From Phaeosaccion multiseriatum (Eukaryota > Protista > Ochrophyta, other classes): DNA of 64,000 nt. The translations under genes and the position numbers were made by a program. Below the pieces are notes generated by a model. It had not been told where the DNA came from. It made no database searches and saw nothing but the letters and a program-made list of their open reading frames with translations. Below, piece by piece: positions 1 through 13,700 of the stretch; the stretch's first letter is position 1; every line of letters starts with the position of its first letter. The stretch spans positions 310,001-374,000 of the forward strand of contig OZ218953.1 in NCBI GenBank assembly GCA_965112735.1. Direction: 5' to 3'.

Positions 1-268
1 AGCTTCGAAGATCTACGCGCAAGAGGCAGTCCGCCCGAATCGCGAGCTTGTACGGAGAGAATGACGCCTACCAGGCGCCTCGAACCTTCTCCGACTGCCT
101 CCGTATGCGAGCGCGAGCGTGGAAGAAGGTCAAGGTGAAGACGGGGTACTTTGAAGTGGAGCGGTGGCAACGAGACGAGACGCAGGAGGCGAACCAGCAG
201 CAGCAAGAGGGAGGTGGTATGGGTGCCGGTGGGGAAGCCGCCGCCGCTGCCGCCGCTGCCGCCGCCGC

Positions 269-301
<33 letters not shown>

Positions 302-446
302 AGCTGCTCCGCCACCCGAAGGGCGGAGTCGGCGCCCCCGGAGAGACAGCAGGAAGAGAATTTTGGGAGAGGAGGAAGGAGAGGAAGGCGAGGGAAATGC
401 TGTTGGTACCTTGGGGCCGTCAGGCGAAGGAAAGGAGCGATCTTAG
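1..446 (+). CDS. 3' end of an unidentified ORF with a poly-Ala tract (partial)
   Basis: Frame is open from the window start to TAG at 444-446; plausible protein sequence (RARAWKKVKVKTGYFEVERWQ) then GCC/GCT poly-Ala; no family recognised. Confidence 0.3.
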
Positions 447-1040
447 TCGCTGGAGAAGCAGATACACGCTGCACTCATCTCGCCCTGGACGAGTGTGAGG
501 ACCACTTACAGGCGACTCTACGCCGCAGCAAGAGGGGAGCTGATGCGGTGGCTTGGCGTCCCTTTCTTCTCGTCACTTCCTTGTCTCTGGGAGAACAACT
601 CCCCCTGTCTTACTCTGCTGGGAGACCTGTAGCGTCCCAGAGCGAGAAATGCATGCCAAGGAAGCCTTCCGCATCGGCAAATGTACACCACCCAAGCTTG
701 GAGAATCAGAAGTAGAGTGCTTCTTTCTGTTTGGGGGGAGCGGCATTGGACTGCAGACGGCGATGCTTCCATCGCTTCTTCACAGCGTACAGCTCTGAGT
801 GCCCGAGTAGCGATTCATCAGGAGCATAGACGGACTTCTTGCAAGACCCGCTGCTGGGGATGGTAGGGAGCTATCGAGGAGGCGTGCCGGCCCGGCTCGA
901 GGAGCAGAGGAGCGGCGGGAGGCGCAGGGTCTCTTGGGCTTCTGGGTCCGATAACCGCTACCTTTGGGCTGCTGGCCGCAGGACTCCCCTAGCTTCCTGT
1001 TCATGGGAGGCCAGAGAAGTCCTGCCTGGGGCCGAATACT

Positions 1041-1183
1041 CTGACGTGCTCTCTGCTATCTGCTATCGCCGGCGCAAGGCCAGGCCAGGCCGGCATGCTA
1101 TCTGCTATCGCCGGCGCCAGCCGGCGTGCCATCTGCTATGGGCTGGCGGCCGATAGCCGAGAATGTGGTCGATAGCACGTCAG
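1041..1183. mobile_element. Putative ~145-bp MITE-like element
   Basis: Perfect 10-bp inverted repeats CTGACGTGCT (1041-1050) and AGCACGTCAG (1174-1183); internal repeats of TGCTATCTGCTATCGCCGGCG and inverted GATAGC copies near the right end. No clear TSD. Confidence 0.45.
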
Positions 1184-1402
1184 GGGTCGAAGATACACAC
1201 ACACTCGACGAACACTCAATAGAGAACGTAGAACCCCAAGAGAAAATAAAAATAAAAATGCCTTCGCCCATAAGGCCGCCGAAGCAGGCCAGTCACAGTT
1301 GCCGGCAGAAACTACCAACTCACCCCCCTTGCTTTTCTCTTCTCTTCAAAACAAGTCTCTTCTCTTCAAGACAAGATAAGAGATAAGTAGACCAAATAGG
1401 GC

Positions 1403-3953
1403 ATGGGCGTGTTCCTCAAAGGACGTGGTGTCCTACTGGGACTTCTGCTGCTGTTGCTGGCAGGTGAATAACATAACCGCTTTACGAACGGAGGGGAACC
1501 AACACAAACTCTCCCCACTTGCTCCACCATTTGTCCCCCGGGCCAAGTGGGCGGGACAAAGTTACTGCGATAGCTGCTTTGGGGCCACCGACTCCTCTTC
1601 CCTCACTCTTTTTACGCGGTCTCTACTGACCTTCCCCAGCGTTCCGCGGTTCCTCTCTTGTTTCAGCGCCTCTTCTCCTGCGGCCTCTCTCACTCGACGT
1701 GCCTGCCGTTGCTGTTGCTGTCAGGCGCTTGCTCGGGTCTCATTCACAAGCTCGAGGTGTCCGAGGACCCTCGCGACTTTTTCCAAATCGAGGATTTCGG
1801 CTTCGTTGCTGGCGGATCGTGGACGCTGGCCGTCTCTGATTTTAGCGTGTATGCTCGTCCGGAGTACAAGGTGAGGGCCTGGGAACGAGCAAGAGGCTTG
1901 GTGGTTGGATGCTGATAATCTTATGTCAACAACACGTAAACTAGGTTGGTTTCGTCATGATCAACGCGACAAGCGAGAGCGGGATTGAGCAGGACATTGA
2001 AGACATTCTGGAGAGCGACAAGTGCTTATTGGACACGAGCCTGCAGCAAAACCCAGGTTCGTTGTAGACGAGCAACTACACCCTCTCTCCCTCCTTCCCC
2101 ACTCAACCTACTGCCTGTACAGACCGTGTGATGGATTTGAGTGACCCCACAAGCTGGGAGTCAACGACGACGACGCACATAGTGGGCCCAAAGGAGAAAG
2201 GCTTGTACTCCCTACTCTTTGTGAGGTGCAAGCCCACGCATGTGACCGTCAGCTTCAACCTGAAAGCATCTTTCCAGAACCCGGGACCGGTAAGTCAAGA
2301 GACAGATACATATTTGGATCAGAGACTGGCCCTCCTCGCGCCAGAGCTGCTGAGCGCAGCCAACCCCTTTCCCCCTCTCACCATATGCTTTGCTCTCTCT
2401 CAGAACTACCTCAGCGCCGGAGAGACGGAGCTCCCTGCGGTGTACTACGTTGCTTTCGCGGCGTTTCTGGCGGCCGGGGTGGGGTGGATGGTGGGTTAGG
2501 AGTCACTCTTTTGGATAGATTATTGATTATTGTATGAAGACCTACGCCAGACTGACACTCCTCCACTGAATCATGGACACAGGTGCTAATGAAGAAGGGC
2601 TCGGCTCACATCCACCAAATCCACCACACGATGTCGGTCTTGCTGCTCTTCAAAACTCTAAGCATGCTGTTTGAAGGTACGCACACAGCACTGTGCGGTG
2701 GGTCAATTTGTGTTGTGTGTTGGGCGTGTAAGCTTCTTTCCTCCAGACAAAAGTAACACATGACCCGTGGCATTACCTCGCCAGGGATCAGGTACCACTT
2801 CCTCAAAGTCAGCGGCGCCGCAGAGGTATGGAGTGTGGTGTACTACTCCTTCGCCTTCCTCAAGGCCATAATGCTCTTCGTCGTCATCTTGCTCATCGGG
2901 ACGGGCTGGAGCCTCGTCAAGCCCTATCTCAACGACAGGTTCGTGTGGGTTGCCATGTGGCGCTGAGACGACATGAACCAGGTCTAGCAATACGTGGTAT
3001 CGTAGGCTTATGGCGCTCTGTCCGCCTCCCCCCCCCCCCCCCCCCGTGGTGCCCCTCAGGGAGAAGAGGATTATATTGGCGGTGCTCATCCTCCAAGGTA
3101 GGTGGTGCGTGCGTGTGTGCGTGCGCCGCCCTCGCAACCCCCCCCCTCCTCCCCTCTCCCTTCTCTCACCCCGCCACTGCCCCTCCCATGCCCGTATGCC
3201 CACAAATACCCTGTGCTGCAGTTGTGGACAACATCGCTGTGGTGATCATCGACGAGACGGCGCCAGGTAGTATGAAATGGGTCATGTGGCAAAGCGTGCT
3301 GCACATGTTGGACATTGTGTGTTGCTTCGCCATCCTCTTTCCCATCGTGTGGAGCATTCGGCACCTCCGACAAGCCGCGCAAGCAGACGGGAAGAGTGCG
3401 CACACACTGCGCAAGCTCGACATGTTCAGACAGGCAAGGCTCTAAGGTAGTCACGCCATCAAGACCTGTTCCCCGCTCACCTCTCCTCCCCCCCCCCCTC
3501 TTGTACGTCCGCAGTTCTACGTGCTAGTCTTCTCCTACATCTATTTTACAAGGATAATTGTATTCCTCCTGGGCGTCACGCTCCCCTTCGAGCTGCAGTG
3601 GATAGGTGCGTTTGTGTGTGCGTTGCTGTTCCTGCTGGATTGAGATTGTGGGAAGCTGAAGTGTCCCAATCCCCCTCACAGGCAATCTGGCGGCAGAGGC
3701 GGGCACGTTGGTCTTCTACATGGCGACGGGCTGGAAGTTTCGGCCAGAGGACCAAAACCCCTACTTGCTCGTGGACAGGAGCCAAGACCAAGTGAGTGCC
3801 CCCTCCCTCTCCCCCTGTGTGGCCGTGCACTCTCATTGGAACTGAACCCCTGCTGTCCCCATTGGTGTGTGCTCATCGCAGGACGACGTGCCTGAGCGGG
3901 ATGACGAGGGAGACTTCGAGCTATCCGCGACGGGGCCGAGGGGGGCGGTGTAG
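1403..3953 (+). CDS. GPR107: GPR107/GPR108-like lung seven-transmembrane (GOST family) protein, multi-exon
   Basis: ATG 1403 with signal peptide MGVFLKGRGVLLGLLLLLLA; LIHKLEVSEDPRDFFQIEDFGF; GLYSLLFVRC; NYLSAGETELP; HQIHHTM; LFVVILLIGTGWSLVKPYLNDREK; LDIVCCFAILFPIVWSIRHL; KFRPEDQNPY; GT-AG introns; TAG 3951-3953. Confidence 0.92.
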
Positions 3954-4372
3954 GCAAAACCGGCTTTTAATTGACACCTCTCTCTCTCTTCATTACTTGG
4001 CTGGCCACGTTTAAGTATATTCTGCCTTGGGCACCTGCCTACTACACAGCCCGGCCCAGACAATTTCATCCGTCGGAGGGAGGAAGGGGAAACAGGCCGC
4101 GCTGGTGCCACGCCCCTTTCCCTCGCGTCTCGCCTGCGGGCAGTCTTGCGTCTACAGAGTACTACTCCCCCCTACAACCCTCTCATATCATCTCTATACA
4201 AACTGCTGTTAAATCCCCCCTAAAGCATCCCCCGGAGCTCCAGAGCTCCATCGGCCAGTAGAGATACATGTAGGACCAAGGCCTTGTTTCGCCCGCCGTG
4301 TCCGGGACGCTGATCTCCTAACTCGCACTGGAGGGAGACCAGGCGAAAGCAAAGTCCTATCCCCTGCCCAAA

Positions 4373-4914
4373 TCAGTGGTGCTTAGGGCCGTGCTCCTTG
4401 TAATAGGCAAGGGCGGTCTCGGTCTTGTGCTTGTCGTGGTCGATGTGAATGTGCCCCACTGCCTTGTACTCCATCAGGTACCCCCCGACACCCAAGACGA
4501 ACATAAGGTGCACGATGGGCTTGAAGCTAGCCACAACAGAGGAAAGAGGGAGGGCGTAACAGGGGGAAGAGTGAGTATCCCATGGAGGGAGGGAAAGAGT
4601 GGAAATACGCAGGACGATAATAGAGGGAGAAGCAGCGGCATGAGAGGAACAGCAACAGCAGCAGGAGGAGAGGGAAAGAAGCAGCAGTAGCAGCAGCAAA
4701 AGCAGCAGCAGCAGCCACAGCAGCAGCAGCAGCAGCGGCAACAGAGAGAAGTATGCTGGCTGCTGGGGCAGAGAGGAAGGAAGAGGAGAGGGGAAAACGC
4801 TCCTCACTTCACCTACCTGCCCGGCCGGACGTACTTCTCGCCGTAGCTCCGCGTCACGAAGCGAGCGGCGGCCCTGTAGGTGCTAATGGACGTGGGGAAC
4901 CCGAGGATCGCCAT
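4373..4914 (-). CDS. Mitochondrial ATP synthase subunit f-like protein (exons 4914-4817 and 4526-4373)
   Basis: Spliced product MAILGFPTSISTYRAAARFVTRSYGEKYVRPGSFKPIVHLMFVLGVGGYLMEYKAVGHIHIDHDKHKTETALAYYKEHGPKHH. The pattern Y..KY...S.KP..H...(TM)..GY.MEY matches fungal Atp17-type subunit f as remembered; the phase-2 intron joins correctly. Confidence 0.75.
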
Positions 4915-5214
4915 GCTGTTAATTCTCGTAATCGTCTGCACGCGGATGCCTCCCCCCCCGGGACTAAACGATGGCACCCAAATTATTTTTCCGCCTTTCT
5001 CTTCTCTTCCCCTCTTCCCTTTCTGCTGAGGGTGACTGCTGTCTGCTGCAGAATCCCCACTCTCTAGCTTCTTCTTGGTCCTCTTCTACCGTTGTGATGG
5101 GAAGGGATGTTGTTCGGCTTCTTATTTGACGCAGAGAACACAAACTGACTATGAGGGCAAAATAAGGACGTCTGTTCCCCCCTATCATGCCCTCGATCCA
5201 CTTAATCCACAAGC
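4915..5214. promoter_or_regulatory. Probable bidirectional promoter between ATP synthase f-like gene and VPS13
   Basis: 300 bp between divergent start codons at 4914 (-) and 5215 (+). Confidence 0.5.
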
Positions 5215-7662
5215 ATGTTTCAAAAGTTAATCGCCAGATGGCTTGGGAGCGCGCTGACGAGCGTGCTGGGAGAGTATGTGGAGATGGAGTCCTTCCAAGA
5301 GACTCTGAAAGTCGGCGTCTGGAATGGTACGCGAGAGAGCCAGCACAGGACACAACAGTCTACCTACCCTCTCTGTGTGCTTCCTCTTCCTCATCACCCC
5401 CACCAACCCCCCACTTCCCCGTGCTGCATCTGGTCAGGCCTCGTGGTCTTGGAGAACCTGAACGTGAAGGCCGGGGTGCTGGACTCGCTGGACATGCCCC
5501 TGTCTCTCTCGCACGGGCAGGTGGGGAGGCTCGAGCTCAAGATCCCTTGGGCCTACTTGGGCAGGGATCCCTTGGTGCTCGTCGTCAACAGCGTTTCTCT
5601 CTGCGCCCATCCGAGGTATGGACAAATTGGGGGGGCGCTCTGATCCAAAGAGGAGATGTGGTGGGACTTGGCTCTAACGCCAACGCCCTCAAACTTGATG
5701 CGCCGTGTGGTGGAGGACAGGTACGAGTGGGACGATGATGCCAAAGAGGCCAAGGCCCAGGCCATCAAGATGGCTAAAGTGGCAGCCGTGGAAAGGTGGA
5801 AACTGGCAGGTAAGTCGGAAGTGGGCGGGGCGTCGAAAGGGTGGGTCGTAGAGGACTAGAGCCCCACCTGATGTGTCGTGTGCACGCCCGCAAACGAACC
5901 CTCAGCGTACGAAGCTACGGGGGGAGCAGGCACGGGCTGGGGCGGTAGTGCTCAGCGCTGGCTGTTCGAGAAGCTCGTCAACAAGCTCATCGACTCCATT
6001 CAGATCTCCGTCCGAGAGGTGCACATCAGGTGAGAGCTGGTTTGTTTTTGAGCGCACGTGACTCTCTCTTGCGCGAACAGACAATCACGGACTGAGTCGC
6101 CCCTCCCCTGCCGTAGATACGAGGATGCACTGTCGAGCCCAGACTGCCCCTTCTACGTTGGAATCACGTTCGAGTGTCTGGACATTAGTACCAAGGCTGC
6201 CGAGGCTAGCCGTAGGCAGGAAGGGCCGGCCGGCTGTAGCGAGGAGTCCGGGTCAGAAGCAGCTGCTCTGTCGGCGAGCAAAGTGATCAGCAAGAGTATT
6301 ACGCTGAGCCATTTCTGCGTGTACTGGAACACCGCGGAGGCCCTCAACCCGTGCTGCTATCAGGTCAGTCGGGGAGAGAGACGAAAGAGGGCGGGTGGTC
6401 AGTCGGTCCTTCCTTTGCCAAACGCCCCCCTCCTAAGACAGCTCCCCTTCCTCGTCTATAATCGAACGCATGCAGATCGGAAAGATGCCTCGCAAAGAGG
6501 CGACGATGGTCATGCACCACCTCGTATCGAGGAAAGACACGTACTCCATCCTCTCTCAAGAGAAGCGAAGGTGGCTGGACGGCAGCAAGGAGGCGCAGGC
6601 CGACTCGCCCCCCTCGTGGATGCACCGCTTCATTGTGCACCCCGTGAACGTGTGTGCGCTGGTAGACATCAGCAAATACTCCCGAGGTACGTCTGGTCCC
6701 CTTCGCTGGTCGGGGCCTGGAGTGGAATATGCCTCATACCCCCCCCCGACCTTGATTGACCCTAACCCTGCCCCCCCCCCCCCTCCCCTGTTTGGCATTG
6801 ATTGGTATGGCAGCCTTCGAGATCCCCCGCGTGTCCATGTGCGTGGATGTGGAGACGGTGGCGGTGCGCATGGAGGACTTTCAGTACCGCGACGCCATGT
6901 GCCTCGCCGCGGCCTTCGCGCAGTTCTCCGCGCTGGAGATGCACTCGCAGTTCCGGCCCAAGGTACGTAAGAAGGAATAGGGCGCTCCAAGACGCTCCAT
7001 TCAAGCCGTCCCATTGACACACACCGTCCCTTCCCGTGTCTCCGTCGAGCAGGTGGGAGTGGGCTTAGACCCCAAGGCGTGGTGGATGTACGCAATCCGA
7101 GCGTCTCTGCACCGCGACGAGCAAGAAGGGAAACGCAAGATCCCTTTCCGTCTCTCATGGGAGAAGCTCAAGGAGCGGAGAGATCTGCGGAGGCAGTACA
7201 TCCCTCTGTGGCTGCGGAGCAAGAATGGGAGGGGGCCGTCTGTGGTGGACGTCGAAGAGAGCGGTGTTGGCGCAGGGGGGGGAGAGGCGGGCTCGGGCGA
7301 AGAAGAGCGGAGAGAGGTGGAAGGCGGGGAGGAGGGCCGAAACGTCAAGGAGAGCGAGGGTTCAGGTGCTATGGAGATTGAAATGACCTCGACCAGCAGG
7401 CCGTCTTTAGAAGTGACCTTGGAAGTGACACCAGGTGATACAGCACCAGAGTCTTCGCAAGCGCTGGCCTCGGAGATGAGGAGAAGAAGCGAACCCTTGG
7501 CTCTCGAGGCAGGGTCAGTGGCCGCCGTTCTCTGGGAGGATGGAATGGACTCAAACGGGCAGGTGGGAGGGGGAAGCGGGAGCGGGACAGCAGGAGGAGG
7601 TGAAACCCAAGCATTGGAGACTCTGTCAGAGGTGGATCGAAAGAGAAGCAGTAGCAGTAGTA

Positions 7663-7702
<40 letters not shown>

Positions 7703-10700
7703 GAGTGGCGATGGCGGTGGCCCCGCTCGCGGTAGAGCAGTCAGTAGGGAGAGGGGAAGATCTAGGCGCAGGAAGAGGTCACTGTCCATGTCGAGACCGC
7801 TCTCGCCTAAGGGGCGGAAGCACTTGGAGGCGCTGGAAAAGTTCCTGAGCTTTGAAGATATCATGATGTTTCGCTCTCTGGCAGAGCGGCAAGCGTTGAG
7901 GGACGGGGGAGGGAGGCCTGGAGGGAACGGGCCCCGCTCTGGCAGCAAGTGGGGGCTGAGGAGCTGGGTGGATTGGGCTGTCGGTTACGGAGAGGATGCT
8001 CCTGCTGCCGAGGAAGGGCAGGGGGAGGAGGCTGAAGGAGGCGCGGAGGGGGGCAGGAAGCCGGCGAAGGGGGGGATGGAGGAGGATTTGGAGCGCTTCA
8101 TAGAGGAAATGGACGCCGCCGATAGCGCCGAGAGCGCCCACTCTCTCTCTCCGGGGCCGCGGAGGGGCTCCAGAGCGGAGCGCAAGGCGACTCTGGAGGG
8201 CGACAAAGACGACGATGAGAACTTCCACAGCCCCTCCTCGCCCATGCCGGGCATGTCGCCTAAAGGCCGCGTGTCCTCCAAACCCATGTCACCCCCGTCC
8301 ATGTCGCCTCCACCCTTGCTGTCCCTGGTGTCGGCGTCGCCAGCCGAGGAGTGCACGCGGGTGCATATCAAGGCCCGGCTTCGACAGGGCAGCCTCACGC
8401 TGGCCAACACCACTCGGAGGCCCAGGGGGAAGGGCGCCGACTCAGCCCCCTTCCTGCAGGCAAGTGCTGGTGCTGAGGCTGTCACTTCTCGTCTTTCTGC
8501 TCTCTCTTCTGAGCCTCATCCCTGTGTTGCCCTACCCCCCTCCCTCCCAACAGGTACAGTTCAGCGGCGTCGAGGTAGGTAGCACAGTGGTCCTTCCGCA
8601 GCAGCAGCCGCAGCCGCAGAGGCAGTCATATGGGCAGCCGCAGGATGATAGTCTCTCCGACGGCAGTGAGCCTGGCCTCTCCGGCGGCGGCAACAGTGGG
8701 CCCTGCGTGGAGGTGATGGCAAGCCTCGCGGACCTTGCTCTGTACGAGGTGCACAGTGACGGGGCTCAGGCAAGGGCTGACCTCGATGGGATGGTCAGTC
8801 CCTGGCTCGTGCGCGACGGGCACAGGCGTGGGCATGAGTACGTGTCGGGGGAAAAGTGGGCGGAGGCGCTGCGGGGATACGGCATGCCTGCGGCCGGCTT
8901 CAGCCTCTCAAGGGTAGTGACCCGCAGGGAGGCATCGGCACGATCAGGGCCAGCTGCAACTGCCGACGTGGGAGACCTCAGCGGCAGGACAGCAAGTGAC
9001 ATTCCTTCACTCTTTTCTATGCGGGCAGTCTTCAACCCCAGGGACAGGTGAGCCATGACAAGTACTCGCCGAGGGGAGGGGAAGGGAGAGGAGGCGAGCG
9101 GGGTAGGCACGAGGCCTTTTGAGAGACCTTCTCCCATCAATCAATCGCCTTTCTCTCTCACACACACGCATTTGTCCTGTGTCGTGCAGTGAGGTGGACG
9201 CCTCTCTTCAGCTGAACGTGGACCAGGTGGAGGCGGTGTTGAACCCTGCGGCAGGATGGCTCAACGCTCTGGGCTCCTTCACGACGACGCCGGAGCTGCT
9301 GCGCTACTGGCAGGACCTGGAGATGTATGCGGTGAGTGTTCGTGCGTGTGTGCATGCGTGCAATGCGTGAGTGAGCGAGTTGGTGTGCTCTCTCTCTGTG
9401 CCTCCGGCCTCCGCTCTCTTTCTCTGACTGACTTGTTCCCTGTCTGCTGTCGCCCGTATATGCCCGCCGTCTATTGTCTGTCTGTTACCATCCCCAGGTC
9501 AACGGCTTCGACACGGTCCGGTCTCAGATCTCCGCCAAACTGGAGTACCTCGCCCTGAGCCGCTCCAAACTCTTCATTCATCTCAAGGTCCAAGCTCCCG
9601 TCTTGCTCATCCCCGCAGACGTGGCCGCGGCTTCCGCCTTCAATAGTGCAGCCGCCCCAACCACAGAAACCGCAAGCGCCTCCTCGACTCGCAGCAGGAA
9701 GCAGGGCATCGAGCTGCTAGTGGTAGACTTGGGGCGTGTAGAGCTCACCACACACAGCCTCGCCCAGGTGGATCAAGTCGAGGAGGCCCTCCATCCCGTA
9801 GGGGTGAGTCCGCTGGAGCCTCGCCTGTCGCGAGACTTTGGTGCCCCAAGCTTTCTTGGTTCTACATGCCTGCCTCCCCAGTGGGATGGGATGGGACTCC
9901 CCTTCTTCTCTCGTTGGGGCGTTGGAACGGAGTCTGTATGTGCGGTAATTGATCCAAACCTCCCCCTTTTCATGCTCTGCCTCGCACTTCTTCTCACAGG
10001 GGGGAGACCAAGAAGAAGAAGAAGAAGAGCAGGAAGAGGGGGATGAGGAGGAGGAGGAGGAGGAAGGGGGGACTGCAGCGGCGTGGGGCGACGACTCTGG
10101 CACGCAGCCATATTCCCCAGTCTCCCGGCCTCGTGGCCGCACAAGGAAGAGGGCGCGTCCCCGTGGCCGGGCCGCCCCTGCGTGGAAGAAGAACTTTTAC
10201 GACGTGTTCAGTCTGCATGTGAGTGCGGTTTCTATATCCCTCCCTCCCTCCTTCATCCCTCCTCTTAGAAAGCGCGCAGAAAGGCACTTCTCGATCTCAT
10301 TCATGCCCTCCTCTCATATGTAGTCTCCGCTTCTGTCTCGCCTCCTGACCAAACGTCCTGTCTGTCTGCTTGTGGCCAAAAGATAAAGCGCGTGGGGGTC
10401 TCTCTTGTCAGTCTCGGGGATGTCGAGGCCATGCGCCTGCTAAGGATAGAGCAGGAGGAGGAAGGGCCCCGGCCAGCAGAGATGCGCAACATGTTCGGCG
10501 GGAACCCTCTAGCTGGCAAGGAGCAGGAGGGGAAAGGGGCAGAGGAAGGGGGAGAATCTTCCCCGAAGGCTGCAGCCAAGCCTGTCGACATTAGCACGGA
10601 TCCGAGGTGGGGACTCATCGACAGGTGAGTGAGCAATCAGATTGGGGCAGGCTTAAGACAATCTCTCTTGCTACTCTTTTGCCGTCACTCTACCCTCCCA

Positions 10701-13700
10701 CTCCAACATTCCAACCCCTGCTGCTGCTGCTGTCCTCGCTCCACCTGCCCACCCACTACCCTCAGTTTCGATGTGCACCTGTGGCTGCACTTCAGCATCA
10801 TCCCCACGGACCATACCCTCCTACAGGCCATCGTGCATGCGGACCTGCCCAAGGTACGAAGGAAGTACGAACCGAGCAAGCGACTATGACTGTTCCCCTA
10901 TTCCCCTATCCGCCTCTTCCTATGCGCATAAAGCAAGCCAAGCCCCGGCCCGGTGCCCAGTACTGCCCAGACCATCTCCCTTGAGGAGAGAGTCCATGTG
11001 CTAACCCCAGAACTTTTTGTCTCCCTTATCTCGTTGCGTGCGTTGCGCTGGACCTACCGACCTTTGGGCCGTCTCCGTCTCCCACAGCTGCACGTGCATC
11101 TGTCCCAGAGCAAACTGGAGCGCCTCGCGACTATGTCTTGTGCCCTCACTCTTGCCGTGGAGGAGTCGAGCTTCGCGGCCGCGGTCGTCGCCAGGGCGGA
11201 GGAGGAGAAGCAAGCCGTGGCGACAGTGACCAAGGCCGGGGCAGAAGGTGAGGAGGCACTTGGCTTGGGCCAGAGCACGCTGTGCTGCAAACACCCCATC
11301 AAGTATCTCTCGAACCCTCACCACGAGTCTCTCTCTCTTGTCTTTCTGTCTTTTCCACTTCAGGGGGGGCGAGCGGTGGGCTGGCTGTCTTTCTGGACTT
11401 CCAGCGCGCTATGGGCCAGCGATTCGATGCCATACGACCACCTGTGGACGATGATGGAGGCAGCAGCACCACCACGAGTAGGCGCAGGAGCCGCAGTCGG
11501 GGGCGGAGACGGACAGGCGTGTCTTCGCCAGCGGAGAGCCTAGGAGAGAGACAGTCCGTGGGCTCTCTGTCTCGCTCTCGATCCCAGAGCATCGAGGAGT
11601 TTCAGGACGCTCTCCAGGGGGGCAGCTCCGACCAGGGCTTTGCGAGCTTTGGGAGCTTCGGCGGAGATAGCGAAGAGGAAGAGGAAGAGAGCAGGGATGG
11701 TAGGGACGGAAGTGTGCAGAGGAGACTGACTGGCGACATGCAGCGGAACATACACCAGACGTACTTCGGGGGGGACGAGGTTGTTCAACTGACCGACAGT
11801 GAGGACTCTCTGAGCTTCCAGGACGCCAGGTAAGAAGGGGAAGACGAGGAAGGAAGGTCAACCCTTCGTGCTGCTAATGCCTGCGCCGACTGGTGCATGT
11901 CGGAGAGACAGGAAGGGAGGCAACAATAGAGGCGACTTGTCCTCATTTGTCCTCATCGTTTTTCTCTTATTTTTTTCTTTCCAAACGAAAAGGGACCTGG
12001 TGAGCGAGGTGGAGCAGCGTTTCGCAGTGCTTCACGAGGAGCGGCGGCGATTGGAACAGCAGCTCAAGAGTCCCATGGTGAGTGAAGCCGGAGGGGGGGG
12101 GGCGGGCAACACACATGTGTGTTTCTCACACGTCTCAGAGGCGAGGGAGATCCCGCTGACCTCACCCACTGACCTCTCCCCTCTCGTCTCTCCCTCTCTC
12201 CAGAACGCGCAGGGGGTGGCGGAGGCGCTGATTGCGTGCAACGAGGAGCTCGAGGACCTGCAGCGCACATACGGAGACATGAACTCGGCCTTCGAGCAGG
12301 TGGGTCCGGCACGGGGATGGTAGTGGATGGGGGGCAGGTTTGGCACTTTCCGAGCAGCAGAGAGCAGAGAGAGGGGAGGAGCGTCAGAGTGGCGCCCGCT
12401 TTGATTAATGCCGGCTGACCTGGCCCTTTGATTGCTTCTCTTGATGTGATTTCCGCAGGCGAGAAGCAGCGGCAGCCTCGATCTGCACCTCAGCAACGGC
12501 AACGGCACCGACATTGGCACCGGCAACGGCACGGCTTTGGCCGAGGAAGAGTGCGTGCCGCAGAAGGGCAGCAACGACGGTGCCGCGTCGGTGGGGGACA
12601 GCCTGGCGGACAGCTGGTATGTCACCAACCTCCTCGACAACATTGGCAGCCCGACCAAGGGGAGCGGCGCGAGACAGGCGATAGGACCTCATTCTCCGCG
12701 GAGGAGGGGTGCCCCGCTTTCTGTTAGCACGAGCGCCCGCCTAATGACCCCAGGGGGCCGCTTAATGACCCCAGGGGGGGTCCCAGGGGGGGGCGTGCCA
12801 GCCAGCCCCATCCCGGCCTTTGCGCTGTCTAGCCGCCAGGGCCAGGGCCCACCTGCCGAAGAAGACGAGGCGGAGTACCCTGCGGGCTTTCAGGGGCCCA
12901 ACAGGGAGATCTGCAAGGTGTTCCTCACTGTGCCGCTCATCCGAGTGGACCTGCTCTACACCGCGGAGGACGGGGGAGAGAAGCCCGCCGTCGTCCTGAC
13001 TCTCAAGGAGCTGGAGACGCGCTTGCACAGCCAGACACACGGAGCGGAGGTGAGCCTCTCTCTCAAGGACTTGGAGGTGACGGATTGCCTCGCGTCGGAG
13101 GCTCTCCAGCAGAGGGAGAGGAGGACGAGTGCGGGGCGGGCGAGCGTGGGCATGTCGTCCCGCAGGAGGTCGCATCACCGGCAGCAGCAGCAGCAGCAGC
13201 GGAGCGAGCGCGAGCCAGAGGTGGCCTTTACCACTCCTGACCTCACCATGTTCTCCTCCGCGCCAGCAAACCCAGTGTGGGCAGCGGAGCCTCAGCGCAG
13301 GAAGCTGCGGCGAAGAGTGTCCTTCGGTGCTTCTGGCCCAGCTCCTGGCCCAGCTTCTGGCTCAGGCACGCACGAGCGGCGTGAACATCCCACTCGCGCA
13401 ACCCGTCGGAAGCGTCCTCCCTCTCTTCCCGGTGGCAGCAGTGGCAGCAGTGGCAGAGGTGGCAGCAGTCGCGGCAAGAGTCGGAGAAGCGAAGAGGGCG
13501 GAAAGCCCCCCCTTCGCCCGATCGCAGGTATGCATGTGCCCCCCCTGGGCACCGCGCCGACTATGCCTCCCCGAAAGTCGTTTGTGAAGCTTTCCTACGT
13601 TGTCTCGAGAGAGGTCGTCTCGGAAGCTGAGAGGGGCAGAAGAGGCAGGGAGAACGGGCGGTTGCAGCTCGCCGAAACTCACGTAGTGAGTCTGGAGATG

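Noticed and set aside
480-1030. Possible gene between the first ORF and the small IR element
   Set aside because: Only short overlapping ORFs, with no recognisable motif or consistent splice pattern.
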